Below are positions 13,140 through 23,224 of a stretch of 64,000 nt of DNA, piece after piece (the first letter of the stretch is position 1; each line of letters starts with the position of its first letter). Below the pieces are notes generated by a model. It was given only the letters and a program-made list of their open reading frames with translations. It had not been told where the DNA came from and did no database searches. Position numbers and translations under genes: made by a program. The DNA is taken from positions 6,624,001-6,688,000 of the forward strand of contig CM000151.3 of assembly GCA_000004695.1 (NCBI GenBank). The letters are read 5' to 3'. The stretch is from Dictyostelium discoideum. Taxonomy: Eukaryota.

Positions 13140-14780
13140 TTAATTTAAATAATTTACTTTATTAAATGTTTTATCAATTAATGAATCTTGTTTACATTTT
13201 ATATTTTTGATATTTGTATTATCAATTTCTTGTTTATAATTATTTTTTTGATGATTTATGTAATTCAAACATGATTGTTCTAAATTAAAAGATTTATTTT
13301 CATTTATAATTTTTTCAATTTCAATTAAAATATTTGGTGATTTAATTTTAATTGATTTATTTAATTCAATGATTTTATTTACATCTTGAATATTTCTATC
13401 TTGATTTGAACCTTGAGATTTTGCAGTTGTAAAATAAAGTTTAGCTTGCATAAAATTTTGAGAAATACCTTCACCATTTAAGAAACATCTACCAACAGCT
13501 TCTAATGCTGGTGAATAATGATTTAAAGATGCACTCTTCATAAAGTATTCAAATCCTTTACATTGGTTTTTTAATACACCTTTACCATAGAATAAACAAA
13601 GTCCAAGATAATAAAATGTAATCTCTGGATTATGTTCTTGATGATGATCACAAATTGATGATTGATAAAATAAACGGTATGCTTCATTATAATCAATTGT
13701 AACTCCTCTACCATAATAAAAACAAATTCCTAATTTGGTTAATGAATTACTATCAACATTTAATGATGCTCCAATTTTAAAAAGATTAAATGCTTTGAAA
13801 TAATCTTGACATATTAAATTCAATTCTTCATTTTCACCACTGCCATCATCATGATCATCATGATTGTCAATGGTTTTAAAACCGTTATAATAATAATCAC
13901 CCAATAGAATTATTGAATCTTCATAAATAAATTCAGCACTTTTTAACAGATAATATTTTGATTTTATTAAATCTTTCTTTTGTTGTTTATAATAATTAAA
14001 TAATTCAAAATATGCTTTTGCATTATTTTGTTCAGCTGATTTAGTTAAATATTTTAATGACTTTTCAAAGTTTACACTATACCCATTCATTCCATAATAA
14101 TATGATGATCCAAGTAAACATTGCGCAATTGAATTTCCTTTTTCACTTTGTTTTTTTAAAAATTCTTTATTCTCTTTATTATATTGTTTTCTATCTAATA
14201 TTTCTTTTTCATCATTTTCATTCTCTTCTTCAATTTTATTTAAATTTCTATATGAACCATGTTTAATTAATGTTATATTTTCAATATTTAATAATTTAAT
14301 TTTTGGTAATGGTGGTGGTGAATTTGATCTTTGATTTTTATTATTATGATTTTCATTAATTTCTTTATTTTCATTATTTACATTATTTACATTATTTACA
14401 TTATTTTTATTATTATTATTATTATTATTATTAATATTATTATTATAATTATTATTATATTCATCAATTTCATTAAGTTCTAATTCAATTGATTTTGATT
14501 TTTTTTTTGGAATCCAAGGAAATTGGGTTATATTTATTTGATTATTATTATTATTATGAAAATGTGTTGTTTTTTCACATAAATTACAAATGACACAATT
14601 ACATAATATGCAATATTTTATAATTGGTTCATCATGTGTTGGACAATGAAATTTATCTATATTTTTAAATGATTTTAAATTATGTTGAAAATGATCAAAT
14701 TCTATGCAATCAACACAACATAAAGTTGTGCAATTTAAACACCACATAATATTTTTTTCATTATGAATTTTACAATCCAT
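13140..14780 (-). CDS. B-box zinc-finger + Sel1-like repeat protein (546 aa)
   Basis: N-terminal C/H-rich B-box-like motif (CLNCTTLCCVDCIEFDHFQHN...HCPTHDEPIIKYCILCNCVICNLCEKTTHFH). C-terminal Sel1/TPR-like repeats (LGxxYYxGxGVxxDxxEAxRLFxQSA...YYLGLCLFYGKGV...AVGRCFLNGEGI). A central poly-Asn linker separates them. Confidence 0.65.
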   Translation of the reverse strand: MDCKIHNEKNIMWCLNCTTLCCVDCIEFDHFQHNLKSFKNIDKFHCPTHDEPIIKYCILCNCVICNLCEKTTHFHNNNNNQINITQFPWIPKKKSKSIELELNEIDEYNNNYNNNINNNNNNNNKNNVNNVNNVNNENKEINENHNNKNQRSNSPPPLPKIKLLNIENITLIKHGSYRNLNKIEEENENDEKEILDRKQYNKENKEFLKKQSEKGNSIAQCLLGSSYYYGMNGYSVNFEKSLKYLTKSAEQNNAKAYFELFNYYKQQKKDLIKSKYYLLKSAEFIYEDSIILLGDYYYNGFKTIDNHDDHDDGSGENEELNLICQDYFKAFNLFKIGASLNVDSNSLTKLGICFYYGRGVTIDYNEAYRLFYQSSICDHHQEHNPEITFYYLGLCLFYGKGVLKNQCKGFEYFMKSASLNHYSPALEAVGRCFLNGEGISQNFMQAKLYFTTAKSQGSNQDRNIQDVNKIIELNKSIKIKSPNILIEIEKIINENKSFNLEQSCLNYINHQKNNYKQEIDNTNIKNIKCKQDSLIDKTFNKVNYLN

Positions 14781-15377
14781 TTATATTTTTTTTTTTTTTT
14801 AATAAATAGTATTTATATATATATTTTTATTATTATTATTATTTAATTTAAAATTTAATAAATGAATTCATTTTTTAATTTATATTAAAAAGAACAAAAA
14901 AAAAAAAATAAAAAAAAAAATAAAAAAATAAAAAATCTGAAAAATTACAAAAAAAGCATGTTGGAAATTTGGCTTGGATTTAAAAAAAGTTAAAAAAACA
15001 TTTTGATTGTTTAGAAAAATAAAAATAAAAAAAAAATAAAAATAATATAAGAAAATACGATGATCGGTTGGATTACATTTTTTTGTTTTGTTTTGTTTTA
15101 TTTTTTGATAGCGAATTTTCATTTTTATTTCAATATCACATTTTTCAAATATATGAAAAAAAAAAAAAAAAAAAAGTAATATTTAATTTATTTTGATCTT
15201 TTGTGATTGTGATTCGTAGTTCTGGTTATTTTTACTATTTTTATTATTACTATTTTTTAAATTTTTTATTTTTTGTTTTGTTTTTTTATTTTTTATTTTT
15301 TATTTTTTATTTTTTAATTTTATATTTTAATAATTGTTGGAGGTTTTTCTTATATTTAATACAATTTAATTTACAGC

Positions 15378-15755
15378 TCAATCATAGTACTTCACATTTG
15401 TTGAGAAAGGTACATTTAAATTTGGGGTTACACCATAACCTGGTGATACCATTGATGGACCCATAAAAGGTTGTGAAGGGATCATTGGTGGGGACATAAT
15501 TGGTGATACCATTGATGGACCCATAAAAGGTTGAGAGGGAATAATAGGTGGATACATCATAGGTGGTGTCATAATTGGTTGTGTCATAATTGGTGGAGTC
15601 ATAATTGGTGGTGCCATCATTGGTGTTGGATAAATCATAGGAGCTGTTGATACCTGAGGTGTTCTCATATAATAATTATTGTAAGATGGGGCACCATAAA
15701 TTGTTTGACCTGCAACAGGGGCGTAAGTTGGTGGAGGAACTTTAAATTGGTCCAT
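15378..15755 (-). CDS. Small Pro/Met-rich protein (125 aa) with an internal duplication
   Basis: A GC-richer island in AT-rich flanks. 'IPSQPFMGPSMVSP' occurs twice, plus PPIMTPPIMTQPIMTPPMM repeats. The reading frame is intact. Confidence 0.45.
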   Translation of the reverse strand: MDQFKVPPPTYAPVAGQTIYGAPSYNNYYMRTPQVSTAPMIYPTPMMAPPIMTPPIMTQPIMTPPMMYPPIIPSQPFMGPSMVSPIMSPPMIPSQPFMGPSMVSPGYGVTPNLNVPFSTNVKYYD

Positions 15756-16386
15756 TTGGTTGTATAATTATTTGTGTGAGAAAAAAAATAAAAAAAAAAT
15801 AAAAAAAAATGAAGAAAAAAAAAAAAGAAAAAAATTTGAAATTTTTTTTTTTATTATGTTTTTCTAAAAAAAAAAAGGGTTCTTTGAAAGTTAAAAATAA
15901 ACCCAAAAATTTTTCTCTAAAATCTGAGAAATTTTTTTAATCACATAATTTATATAGATCTGTATTTGAAAAAAATTAAAAAATATTAATCGGAAAAAAA
16001 AAAAATAAAAAAAATACTTTTTTTTTCCAAATTATATCTTTTTTTTTCTTTATTTTTTTGTTTTTTTTTTATTTTTTTTTTTGAAACAGTTGTTTCTCTT
16101 TGGGATACTTATTCTCGTTTCATTTTTATTTTTTTTTAATTCGACACTGTTGGTTTTTGTTTTTTGTTGCTGTTGCTATTCTATGTTTGTTTGTTTTGTT
16201 TTTTGTTGCTGTTGCTATCCAATGGTTGCTTTGAGCCTAAGGCCTCAGAATACTCAATTCCAGCACTTTAGAATCAAACTCCGGTCTTCCTTTTTTATAA
16301 TTTCTCCTTTTTCTCATTAAATTTTTTTTCAAATAATCAATTTTTTCTCTTATAAATTTTAGCCAAAAAAATCAAATTTCATCTAA

Positions 16387-16459
16387 GCCCGTTTAGCAAA
16401 GTTGGAATTGCGGCAGCCTTCTAAGCTGCAGGTCGTGGGATCGAGACCCACAATGGGTG
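16387..16459 (+). tRNA. tRNA-Arg (anticodon UCU), copy 1
   Basis: Cloverleaf read by eye: acceptor GCCCGTT/AATGGGT (two G-U pairs), A box TAGCAAAGTTGG, D-stem GCAA/TTGC, anticodon stem GCAGC/GCTGC with loop CTTCTAA, T-arm GTGGG-ATCGAGA-CCCAC. An identical copy lies in inverted orientation at 23152..23224. Confidence 0.75.
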
Positions 16460-16490
16460 ATATTTTTAACTGGGAAATTTATAGATCGCA

Positions 16491-16503
16491 GGTTCAATGT
16501 CTG
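16491..16503 (+). promoter_or_regulatory. External B box (exB) downstream of tRNA-Arg copy 1
   Basis: GGTTCAATGTCTG lies 32 bp after the tRNA 3' end. Dictyostelium tRNA genes typically carry an extra B box about 30-40 bp downstream. The same spacing is seen at 22448..22459 (-), 23108..23120 (-) and 56481..56492 (-). Confidence 0.6.
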
Positions 16504-16649
16504 ATATGAAGATACACGTGAAAAGTAATTCATCCTTTTCTATCCTTAATCTCGGTCAATTTTAACCAATCTTTCAAAAAAAATCACCAATCCACCACGA
16601 TCTACAGATCTAACTTACCAAATCGCCGATTCAAAGGAATCCCATCGAG

Positions 16650-17903
16650 ATGAATTCCTACGCAGACGCGGCTAAAATGGCCAACCCCTCCACCCATATG
16701 GACGAGGCATCAGAGAACTTCATTAAGGAATTCTCCACAAAAACAGCAGAGATAAAGGAGACCTACCCCAAATTATCAATAGGCCTCAAAGACATCTCCA
16801 AATACTGCGAGACCATATTGAACATGACTGCTCTCTCAACCTACGAGAAAAACAACGGATTCTACCCAATTACACTCGAATTCCCCAAAATGGATCTCAT
16901 GGGGTTAGAAGAAATGAGAAAAACACTCTCAAACTACGATATCCCAATCGACAAGATATACATAGGCAAAGGAACTAGAAAAACGATCCACCTGATGATT
17001 AAAAACGAACAATCTCTCCTAAATATCATTAGAGATAGAAGCAAATTGGGAACCTTCATCACCTCCAGTAGAGACTACCACGTCCTCACAGGAAGAGTAA
17101 GAATTCCAAGAGAAAAGGCAGGAATAGTGGACGCCCTCATCAAAACTGCCTTTGCAGAAGAAATACCCTATGCAATATACCATACTATATACTCCACCGA
17201 CCACCTCCTAGTATTCGGTCTAATAGAATGCAAAATAGGCGATCAAATGAAATCTGGCCAACACAATACAGAAATCGCCAACTTTACCATCAGAACGGCC
17301 ACCAAAACCTACTCCTCACAAAAGAAAAATAAGAAAGTAGAGTCAAACAACACGGAAGAACCATTAGAAGATGAGATGACAGATGATCCTCCCAACATCC
17401 AAAACAGGATAGCAATCAAATCCTCTCAACCAAAACCACAACAACAAACATACAACCCAGCAAACAATAAGTCTGATAAACAATCAACCCAAGAGAAAAA
17501 AGCCCAATCAAAAAAGTCCTCTCAACCTCTTCCCCCCAAAAACCAAGCAGAATCTCAATCTGTCAAACCCACCACAACCACTACCACAACATCCAACGCC
17601 ATCCAAAAAGACAATGCCAACAAAACGAGCACTAACATCCATTCATCCTCGGAAAACAGAGAGAAGACACCAAACATCCCTCCATCACATAAACGCAAGA
17701 ACGAGGAAATCCACTCAAACAACGAGGTCACCCAACTCTCACCAACAATAAACAGAAGCAACCCTTACATCCCATCCACCCCTAAGACACCTGTCAAAAA
17801 AGAAAGGAAAGGAATCATTGAGAGCTTCATAGAGAGTATCTACCCTTCACCATCCAAACCGCAGCTATACGACTCCCAAGAGGAGATCGATATCATCTCA
17901 TAA
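16650..17903 (+). CDS. Retrotransposon ORF1 (417 aa)
   Basis: GC-richer than the host DNA. Basic/Ser-Thr-rich C-terminus. Its stop overlaps the ORF2 ATG (TAATG). Confidence 0.75.
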   Translation: MNSYADAAKMANPSTHMDEASENFIKEFSTKTAEIKETYPKLSIGLKDISKYCETILNMTALSTYEKNNGFYPITLEFPKMDLMGLEEMRKTLSNYDIPIDKIYIGKGTRKTIHLMIKNEQSLLNIIRDRSKLGTFITSSRDYHVLTGRVRIPREKAGIVDALIKTAFAEEIPYAIYHTIYSTDHLLVFGLIECKIGDQMKSGQHNTEIANFTIRTATKTYSSQKKNKKVESNNTEEPLEDEMTDDPPNIQNRIAIKSSQPKPQQQTYNPANNKSDKQSTQEKKAQSKKSSQPLPPKNQAESQSVKPTTTTTTTSNAIQKDNANKTSTNIHSSSENREKTPNIPPSHKRKNEEIHSNNEVTQLSPTINRSNPYIPSTPKTPVKKERKGIIESFIESIYPSPSKPQLYDSQEEIDIIS

Positions 17904-20900
17904 TGGTAGTAATCAAAATCAACCAATGGAATGTCAGAGGTTGGGGCACTGACACCTCCTTCAAAAACAAAACAGACTTTATCAAATCCCAATCCCCCCC
18001 AAACTCATTGGCACTAACCATAGTCAATGAACTCAACGCCGACGCAACACAAGCACACCAGCTATTTCCTGGCTCCATCATTAGCGCAACCAACAGAGGC
18101 AACGGAATAGGAATACTAAACCACAACAACCAAAACATAAAACTCTCACCAATATTCATAATAGAAGGTAGACTAATAATATCAGACATTCTAATAAAAG
18201 ATACCACAACGAGAATCTTGGCCATATACGCCCCGGCCCAACCTGATAAGGGAAAAATACTAGCTTGAACACTAAACAAACACTTGAACAACCAATACCA
18301 CAACCTAACGTCTAACCCTAAAAAAAACATCGACATCATAGCAGGTGACTTCAATTGTTTAGACTTCAATGACAATCACACATCAAATGACGACCAAGGC
18401 AACTTGACAACACAATCCCCAGATGAGATGGCCACAGTAATTGAAGCCATCAGAATTTCAAATAACCTAATGGATATGGACCAACTAAATAAAAGACCCA
18501 CCTTCTCAAGAACGATACACAACACAAACAATAACCTCACAAGAATCTTGGAAAGGAGACTAGACAGAATATACCTTAACAATAGCATAATCAACTACAG
18601 TCAATTATACTTAAGGAACCTAATCCCCCCAAAAATTAACGACATACCTCTATCAGATCACAACTTCCTATCAACCACCTTCACTCTACCCAACATACAG
18701 ACGAACATGCGCAGATGGAGATTAAAAAAATCCTCAATCCTCTCAAGCATAATGCTTAAGAAAATAGACATCCTACTTAACGATTATTCAAGGGAGCTGT
18801 CATCCAACCATAACTCTATTTCCTTCTCTCAACTCAACAGCTTACTGAACAAAATAAAACAACTATACACAGAATTTCAAAAACAAAACGACTACAACAA
18901 TAAGGCAAACATCAAAAATCTAATCTCCCTACTAGAGACAGAATTTAAAGACCAAGCCTTTGCAACCCTTTCAGCAATAAATGAATCTAAAAGAAGAGAA
19001 GAACAACTTAAACAAGAATTGAACAACTATTGCGAAGAAACCTCACTCAAGTACATCTCCGCGAGAATCAAGAAAAGACACAATGATTTCACCATCAACG
19101 CAGTAAAAGATACACAAGGTAGAACAATCAACAAACAGGAATTGATCGAAGAAGAATACGTAAAATATTACTCAAATCTTTATGACTACAAAGAAGATGA
19201 CCCACCATCTCATTATGAAATGTTGGAAAATTGGACAGTGACCAGGGACTCAACATGGGACAACCTTGAAAATGAATTCACATCACAAGAGATCCTAGAA
19301 GTAATAAAACAATTGAACCCACACAAATCTCCAGGCCCAGATGGAATTCCAAACTTATTCTACATAACACACAAAGAAAAACTAGCTCCAATACTGGCCT
19401 CAGCATTCAACGACACTCTAAGAAATCCTCATCTAATTAGCAAAAATTACAAAGAAGGCCTCATTATCACGATACCTAAAAAGGGAGATCCCGAACTAAT
19501 CAAAAACAGAAGACCAATTACACTGGCCAACTGTATATATAAAATCCACTCAAAACTAATAAACAATAGAATAATCCCAATACTAACGAAAGTGATCAAC
19601 CACAATCAAAAAGGTTTCGTACCAGGCAGATTCATTCTCGATAATATCATATCAATTAACGAATTAATCAACTATTGTAATGATAAAAGAATTAACGGAA
19701 TAATTACACTATATGATTTCGAAAAAGCTTTTGACTCGATCTCACACGGTTCAATACTCAGATCACTACAACACATCAACATTCCAACCAATATAATCAA
19801 CCTGATAATGAATCTACTCACCAAATCTGAGGCAAGAATTGAAATTAATGGTAGAACTACTATACCCTTTGAGATCAAAAGAGGAGTTAAACAAGGAGAT
19901 CCACTATCACCCACCCTGTTCGTCCTTGTAATAGAGGCTTTAGCTAGAAAAATTTTACAAGATGACCGAATTACTGGCCTTCCTCTAAACAACAGCAACC
20001 ACAGAGAGAAATTCCAAAGCTTTGCAGACGATTCGGCTTCAATGGTCCCAGACTCTCAACAACTTGAATTAGTACTACAACACTTCAATTCATTTTGCAA
20101 AGCCACTTCCTCAAAACTAAACATCGACAAATCTTCATCAATTCTTATAGGCAACCCAGACAATACCAACCAAAGAATTCCAATATCTACAAATCCAGAA
20201 AGATACTTGGGATACTTCTTCACAGGCAAAGGGATAACAAGAAAAATGCCAGAAATATTAAACACAATAAGATCATCCTTAGTACTATGGAAAACCACTG
20301 ACTCAACAATCAAAACCAAAACCAACATCCTCAAAGCATTCGCACTCTCTAAATTAACCTACTATTCATATGTAGAGAACTTTAAGGAAGAGGAATTAAA
20401 CCAAATCAATAAATTGGTCGAATGGTTTTTATCGGCACCTAACAACAAAAATGCTAGTGGATTTCAAGTTATTAATTTAATGAGAACCAAAAGAGCAAGA
20501 TACCCACTAAATGTAGGGGGCTGGAACATTTGGAATATAGAATTGAGACAACTGGCGCAGAAACTTTGGATCATAAACCAGTTCATCCTAGCACTAGAAA
20601 CCAAACAAACAAACTCATCTCATCACAAAAGCTGGGAATATCAGATCCAAAAAAACAAATTCACATCCAGATACCTAAAAGAAAACTTAGACGAATGGAA
20701 CAAAATAAGAATAAAAAAAGCAATCTTCAACAATAATCTCACATCCATAAAAAACGAAAATGGACAACCACTTTCACTGGCAGAATGGTATACCACAATT
20801 CAAGACCAAAATCCAACCATCCCTAAAACGGAATTCCAATCATCTCTAAACTTAAGAGGCTACAGCTATAATCAACTCTTCAACAACATACTGAAGATAA

Positions 20901-21493
20901 AAGACCCTAAAACAAGAGACACAATGTTTAGATTCCATGCCAGATGCCTTCCAATAAACTACCTTCACAACAAACAATGCCCACTCTGCAAAGAAGATAT
21001 GAGCAAAGACCCATACGGTCACCTGTTCTTCTCATGCAAGAAAACAAAACAATTCATAAAAATAAATAAACTCAAAAATTTCATCTATATTACCACAGGC
21101 AAAGGTAAAAACTGGCACCATACAAACTTTGAATGGAACTATAAAGCAATAGACTATGATCTAACTAGATCATTCGCATATAGAAACCTAATGGCCCTTA
21201 TCCTCCACAACATTTGGATTTGGATTTGCAATCAAATATACAGTGAAGATCCTTTAACAGATGAATCACTATCATACAGCTCCCTTCTAAAGAAATGGCA
21301 CAAATTGGCCACTCTAGAATACATCAAAAAAGCAAAAGATCTGAAAAACTTATCAGCAAAAGACCATAATAACTTCAAAGATCCTAAGATCCTTCTCACT
21401 TCAACGATCAAGCTAAGAAAAACAACAGCTAATTACTATTGTATTCCAGAATCATCTCTCCCAAATATTATATCTTTTGATCAATTCATATGA
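17903..21493 (+). pseudogene. Retrotransposon ORF2 (endonuclease-RT-zinc finger) interrupted by a single in-frame TGA at 18266..18268
   Basis: Track ORFs 17903..18268 and 18284..21493 are in the same frame (both coordinates are 2 mod 3). They are separated only by TGA, within the endonuclease domain. Confidence 0.75.
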
Positions 21494-21590
21494 TTAAAAT
21501 AACCCTTCAGCTTAAATGATAAGCCTTTAAATAAATATTAAATAAAACTCGTATTAACACAGATGGACATATATCAATCTTGTTAATCCA

Positions 21591-21626
<36 letters not shown>

Positions 21627-21822
21627 CCTACAGTTGATCAAACGGATACTAGATACAGAAAAACATATCCATCATCAATCTAACATCAACTCCCAAATAT
21701 TATATCTTTTGATCAATTCATATGATTAAAATAACCCTTCAGCTTAAATGATAAGCCTTTAAATAAATATTAAATAAAACTCGTATTAACACAGATGGAC
21801 ATATATCAATCTTGTTAATCCA

Positions 21823-21860
<38 letters not shown>
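21459..21860 (+). repeat. Tandem duplication of the element's 3' terminus: the last 35 nt of ORF2, the 3' UTR and poly(A), present twice
   Basis: 21459..21625 and 21691..21860 are near-identical (ctcccaaatattatatcttttgatcaattcatatgattaaaataaccc...aatattaaaaaa(A)n). A 65-bp unique spacer separates them. Both copies lie inside the TSD-bounded element. Confidence 0.9.
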
Positions 21861-21864
<4 letters not shown>

Positions 21865-21871
21865 GAAGATA

Positions 21872-22150
21872 AATTAAAAAATCAAACTTATTATACCACC
21901 ATATATGAAGAAAGATCATGAAATTAACATAGACTACATTCATATAAGATTTCACACTTCGTATGGTGCTATAGATCTATATATTATGACCTTTCAAGAC
22001 TTTTCTCATTAAAAAACTTAAAAGCAATGATATTTCACTAGGTATGGATATGGATTTGCAATCAACTATACAGTGATGACAAAATTCAAGCCACAAAATT
22101 AGACTATGATATGATCCTTAAAAAATAGTACAAATCCGCACCTTAGTTTG
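21872..22150 (+). mobile_element. Diverged remnant of a related retrotransposon ORF2 3' region
   Basis: 22050..22085 (ggatatggatttgcaatcaactatacagtgatgac) matches ORF2 at 21220..21250 (tggatttggatttgcaatcaaatatacagtgaagatcc). 'agactatgat' is also shared. The rest is degenerate. Confidence 0.45.
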
Positions 22151-22490
22151 CTTTATAATTCCTCATTGGGTATATATATTAGAATTTTTTTTTTTTTTTT
22201 TTTAAATATTGATTGATCAGTGTTTATCCATTAAAGGAAATAAACAATAAACCATTAATGGTTTTATATGTGGATTTTAATTTTAAAACATAGTGTAGTT
22301 ATAGTTATTATTATTATCATTTTTATGTTAGTCCAAAAAAATTAAACAAATCAAATAATAAAATTAACTATTTTATTAAATTGGAAAGTTGATTTAAATC
22401 TTTTTCATTTTATAGAGCATACGATTTCTCAATCATAGTTGAATATTGAGAATCGAACCTGTTATCAGTAAATCTTACTGGGGAAAACAT

Positions 22491-22573
22491 TGCAAGAGGC
22501 GAGATTCGAACTCGCGAACCGAATGGATGAGATCTTAAGTCACACGGATTTAACCAGACTTTCCTACCCTTGC
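22491..22573 (-). tRNA. tRNA-Leu (anticodon UAA) with a long variable arm
   Basis: Minus-strand read: GCAAGGG-TA-GGAAAGTCTGGTTAAATCC-G-TGTGA-CTTAAGA-TCTCA-TCCATTCGGTTC-GCGAG-TTCGAAT-CTCGC-CTCTTGC-A. T-arm GCGAG/TTCGAAT/CTCGC, a 12-nt variable arm, and an exB box GGTTCGATTCTC at 22448..22459. Confidence 0.65.
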
Positions 22574-23151
22574 TTTGGATGGAAATTTTATTTTATTGGT
22601 TTTTAAACCTGGCACCATCATCCCATAGAAAAACTAAAAACTCTCATCCATAAATCATAATTGAGAAGCAATTGTGTATAAAATACATTTTTGATAGATC
22701 TATAAAAAAGAAAAGATCAGATTCCAAAAAAAGATTGTTTCACCAAATTATTTTCTATGGTTTGCTAGGCATTTTCAAAACAAAAATAATATTTTTTTAA
22801 TTTTTTTTTTTTAGGTCATTTTTTCCCAGTTATTTATTAATGTTTGGGTTATTACTCTTTCTTTTAAAATAATTTAATGTTTGCCATCAAATCTATCAAA
22901 AATATAATTTAAAAATTTCTTTTTTAAATTGGACTATGTGGTTTCAATTTTTTCACTGATATTACTTTCATATGCATTATTTTATAATGGTCGTAGAAAT
23001 ATTTCATTGTTTAAAATTTATATGTAAAAAAAGAGAATATATTGGAATATCCAAAATCACTTGGAATACTAGACCCAATTATGTGATGATGTTTTTGAAT
23101 GAATGATCAGACATCGAACCTACGATCAATATTTTCTTTGGCATAAAGATT

Positions 23152-23224
23152 CACCCATTGTGGGTCTCGATCCCACGACCTGCAGCTTAGAAGGCTGCCG
23201 CAATTCCAACTTTGCTAAACGGGC
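23152..23224 (-). tRNA. tRNA-Arg (anticodon UCU), copy 2, inverted relative to copy 1
   Basis: Exact reverse complement of 16387..16459 (73/73). The downstream exB box (rc GGTTCGATGTCTG at 23108..23120) is conserved, but the spacer between has diverged. Confidence 0.75.

Larger units (their letters stand above)
16515..21860 (+). mobile_element. tRNA-gene-targeted non-LTR (poly-A) retrotransposon, full length (about 5.35 kb); placement matches the TRE3 type
   Basis: Two overlapping ORFs (TAATG junction). ORF2 has a DNase-I/APE-like endonuclease (IKINQWNVRGW...IIAGDFNC), reverse-transcriptase motifs (RPITLANCIYKI, YDFEKAFDSISH, FADDSAS) and a C-terminal CCHC finger (CPLCKED...HLFFSCKKT). The 3' end is poly(A). 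It is bounded by an 11-bp direct repeat, ATATGAAGATA (16504..16514 and 21861..21871). It starts right after the exB box, about 45 bp downstream of tRNA-Arg, in the same orientation as that tRNA, which matches the TRE3 insertion pattern. Confidence 0.8.

Noticed and set aside
16081-16320. 79-aa ORF with CCCC motifs upstream of tRNA-Arg
   Set aside because: It arises from a short direct DNA repeat (ttttttgttgctgttgctat x2) and T-rich sequence. No start context, and not convincingly coding. I could not tie it to a TRE5-type element either.
15756-16386. Possible TRE5-type element about 50 bp upstream of tRNA-Arg copy 1
   Set aside because: I searched the 48-bp-upstream position (about 16339) for retroelement termini or poly-A and found none. 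Only AT-rich spacer is present.
17019-17761. Antisense ORFs within retrotransposon ORF1 (17019..17204, 17555..17761) and ORF2 (17893..18375, 18376..18594, 19672..19998, 20056..20334, 20095..20301, 20530..20736)
   Set aside because: Open frames are expected by chance in the GC-richer element. The sense ORF1/ORF2 carry all recognisable domains.
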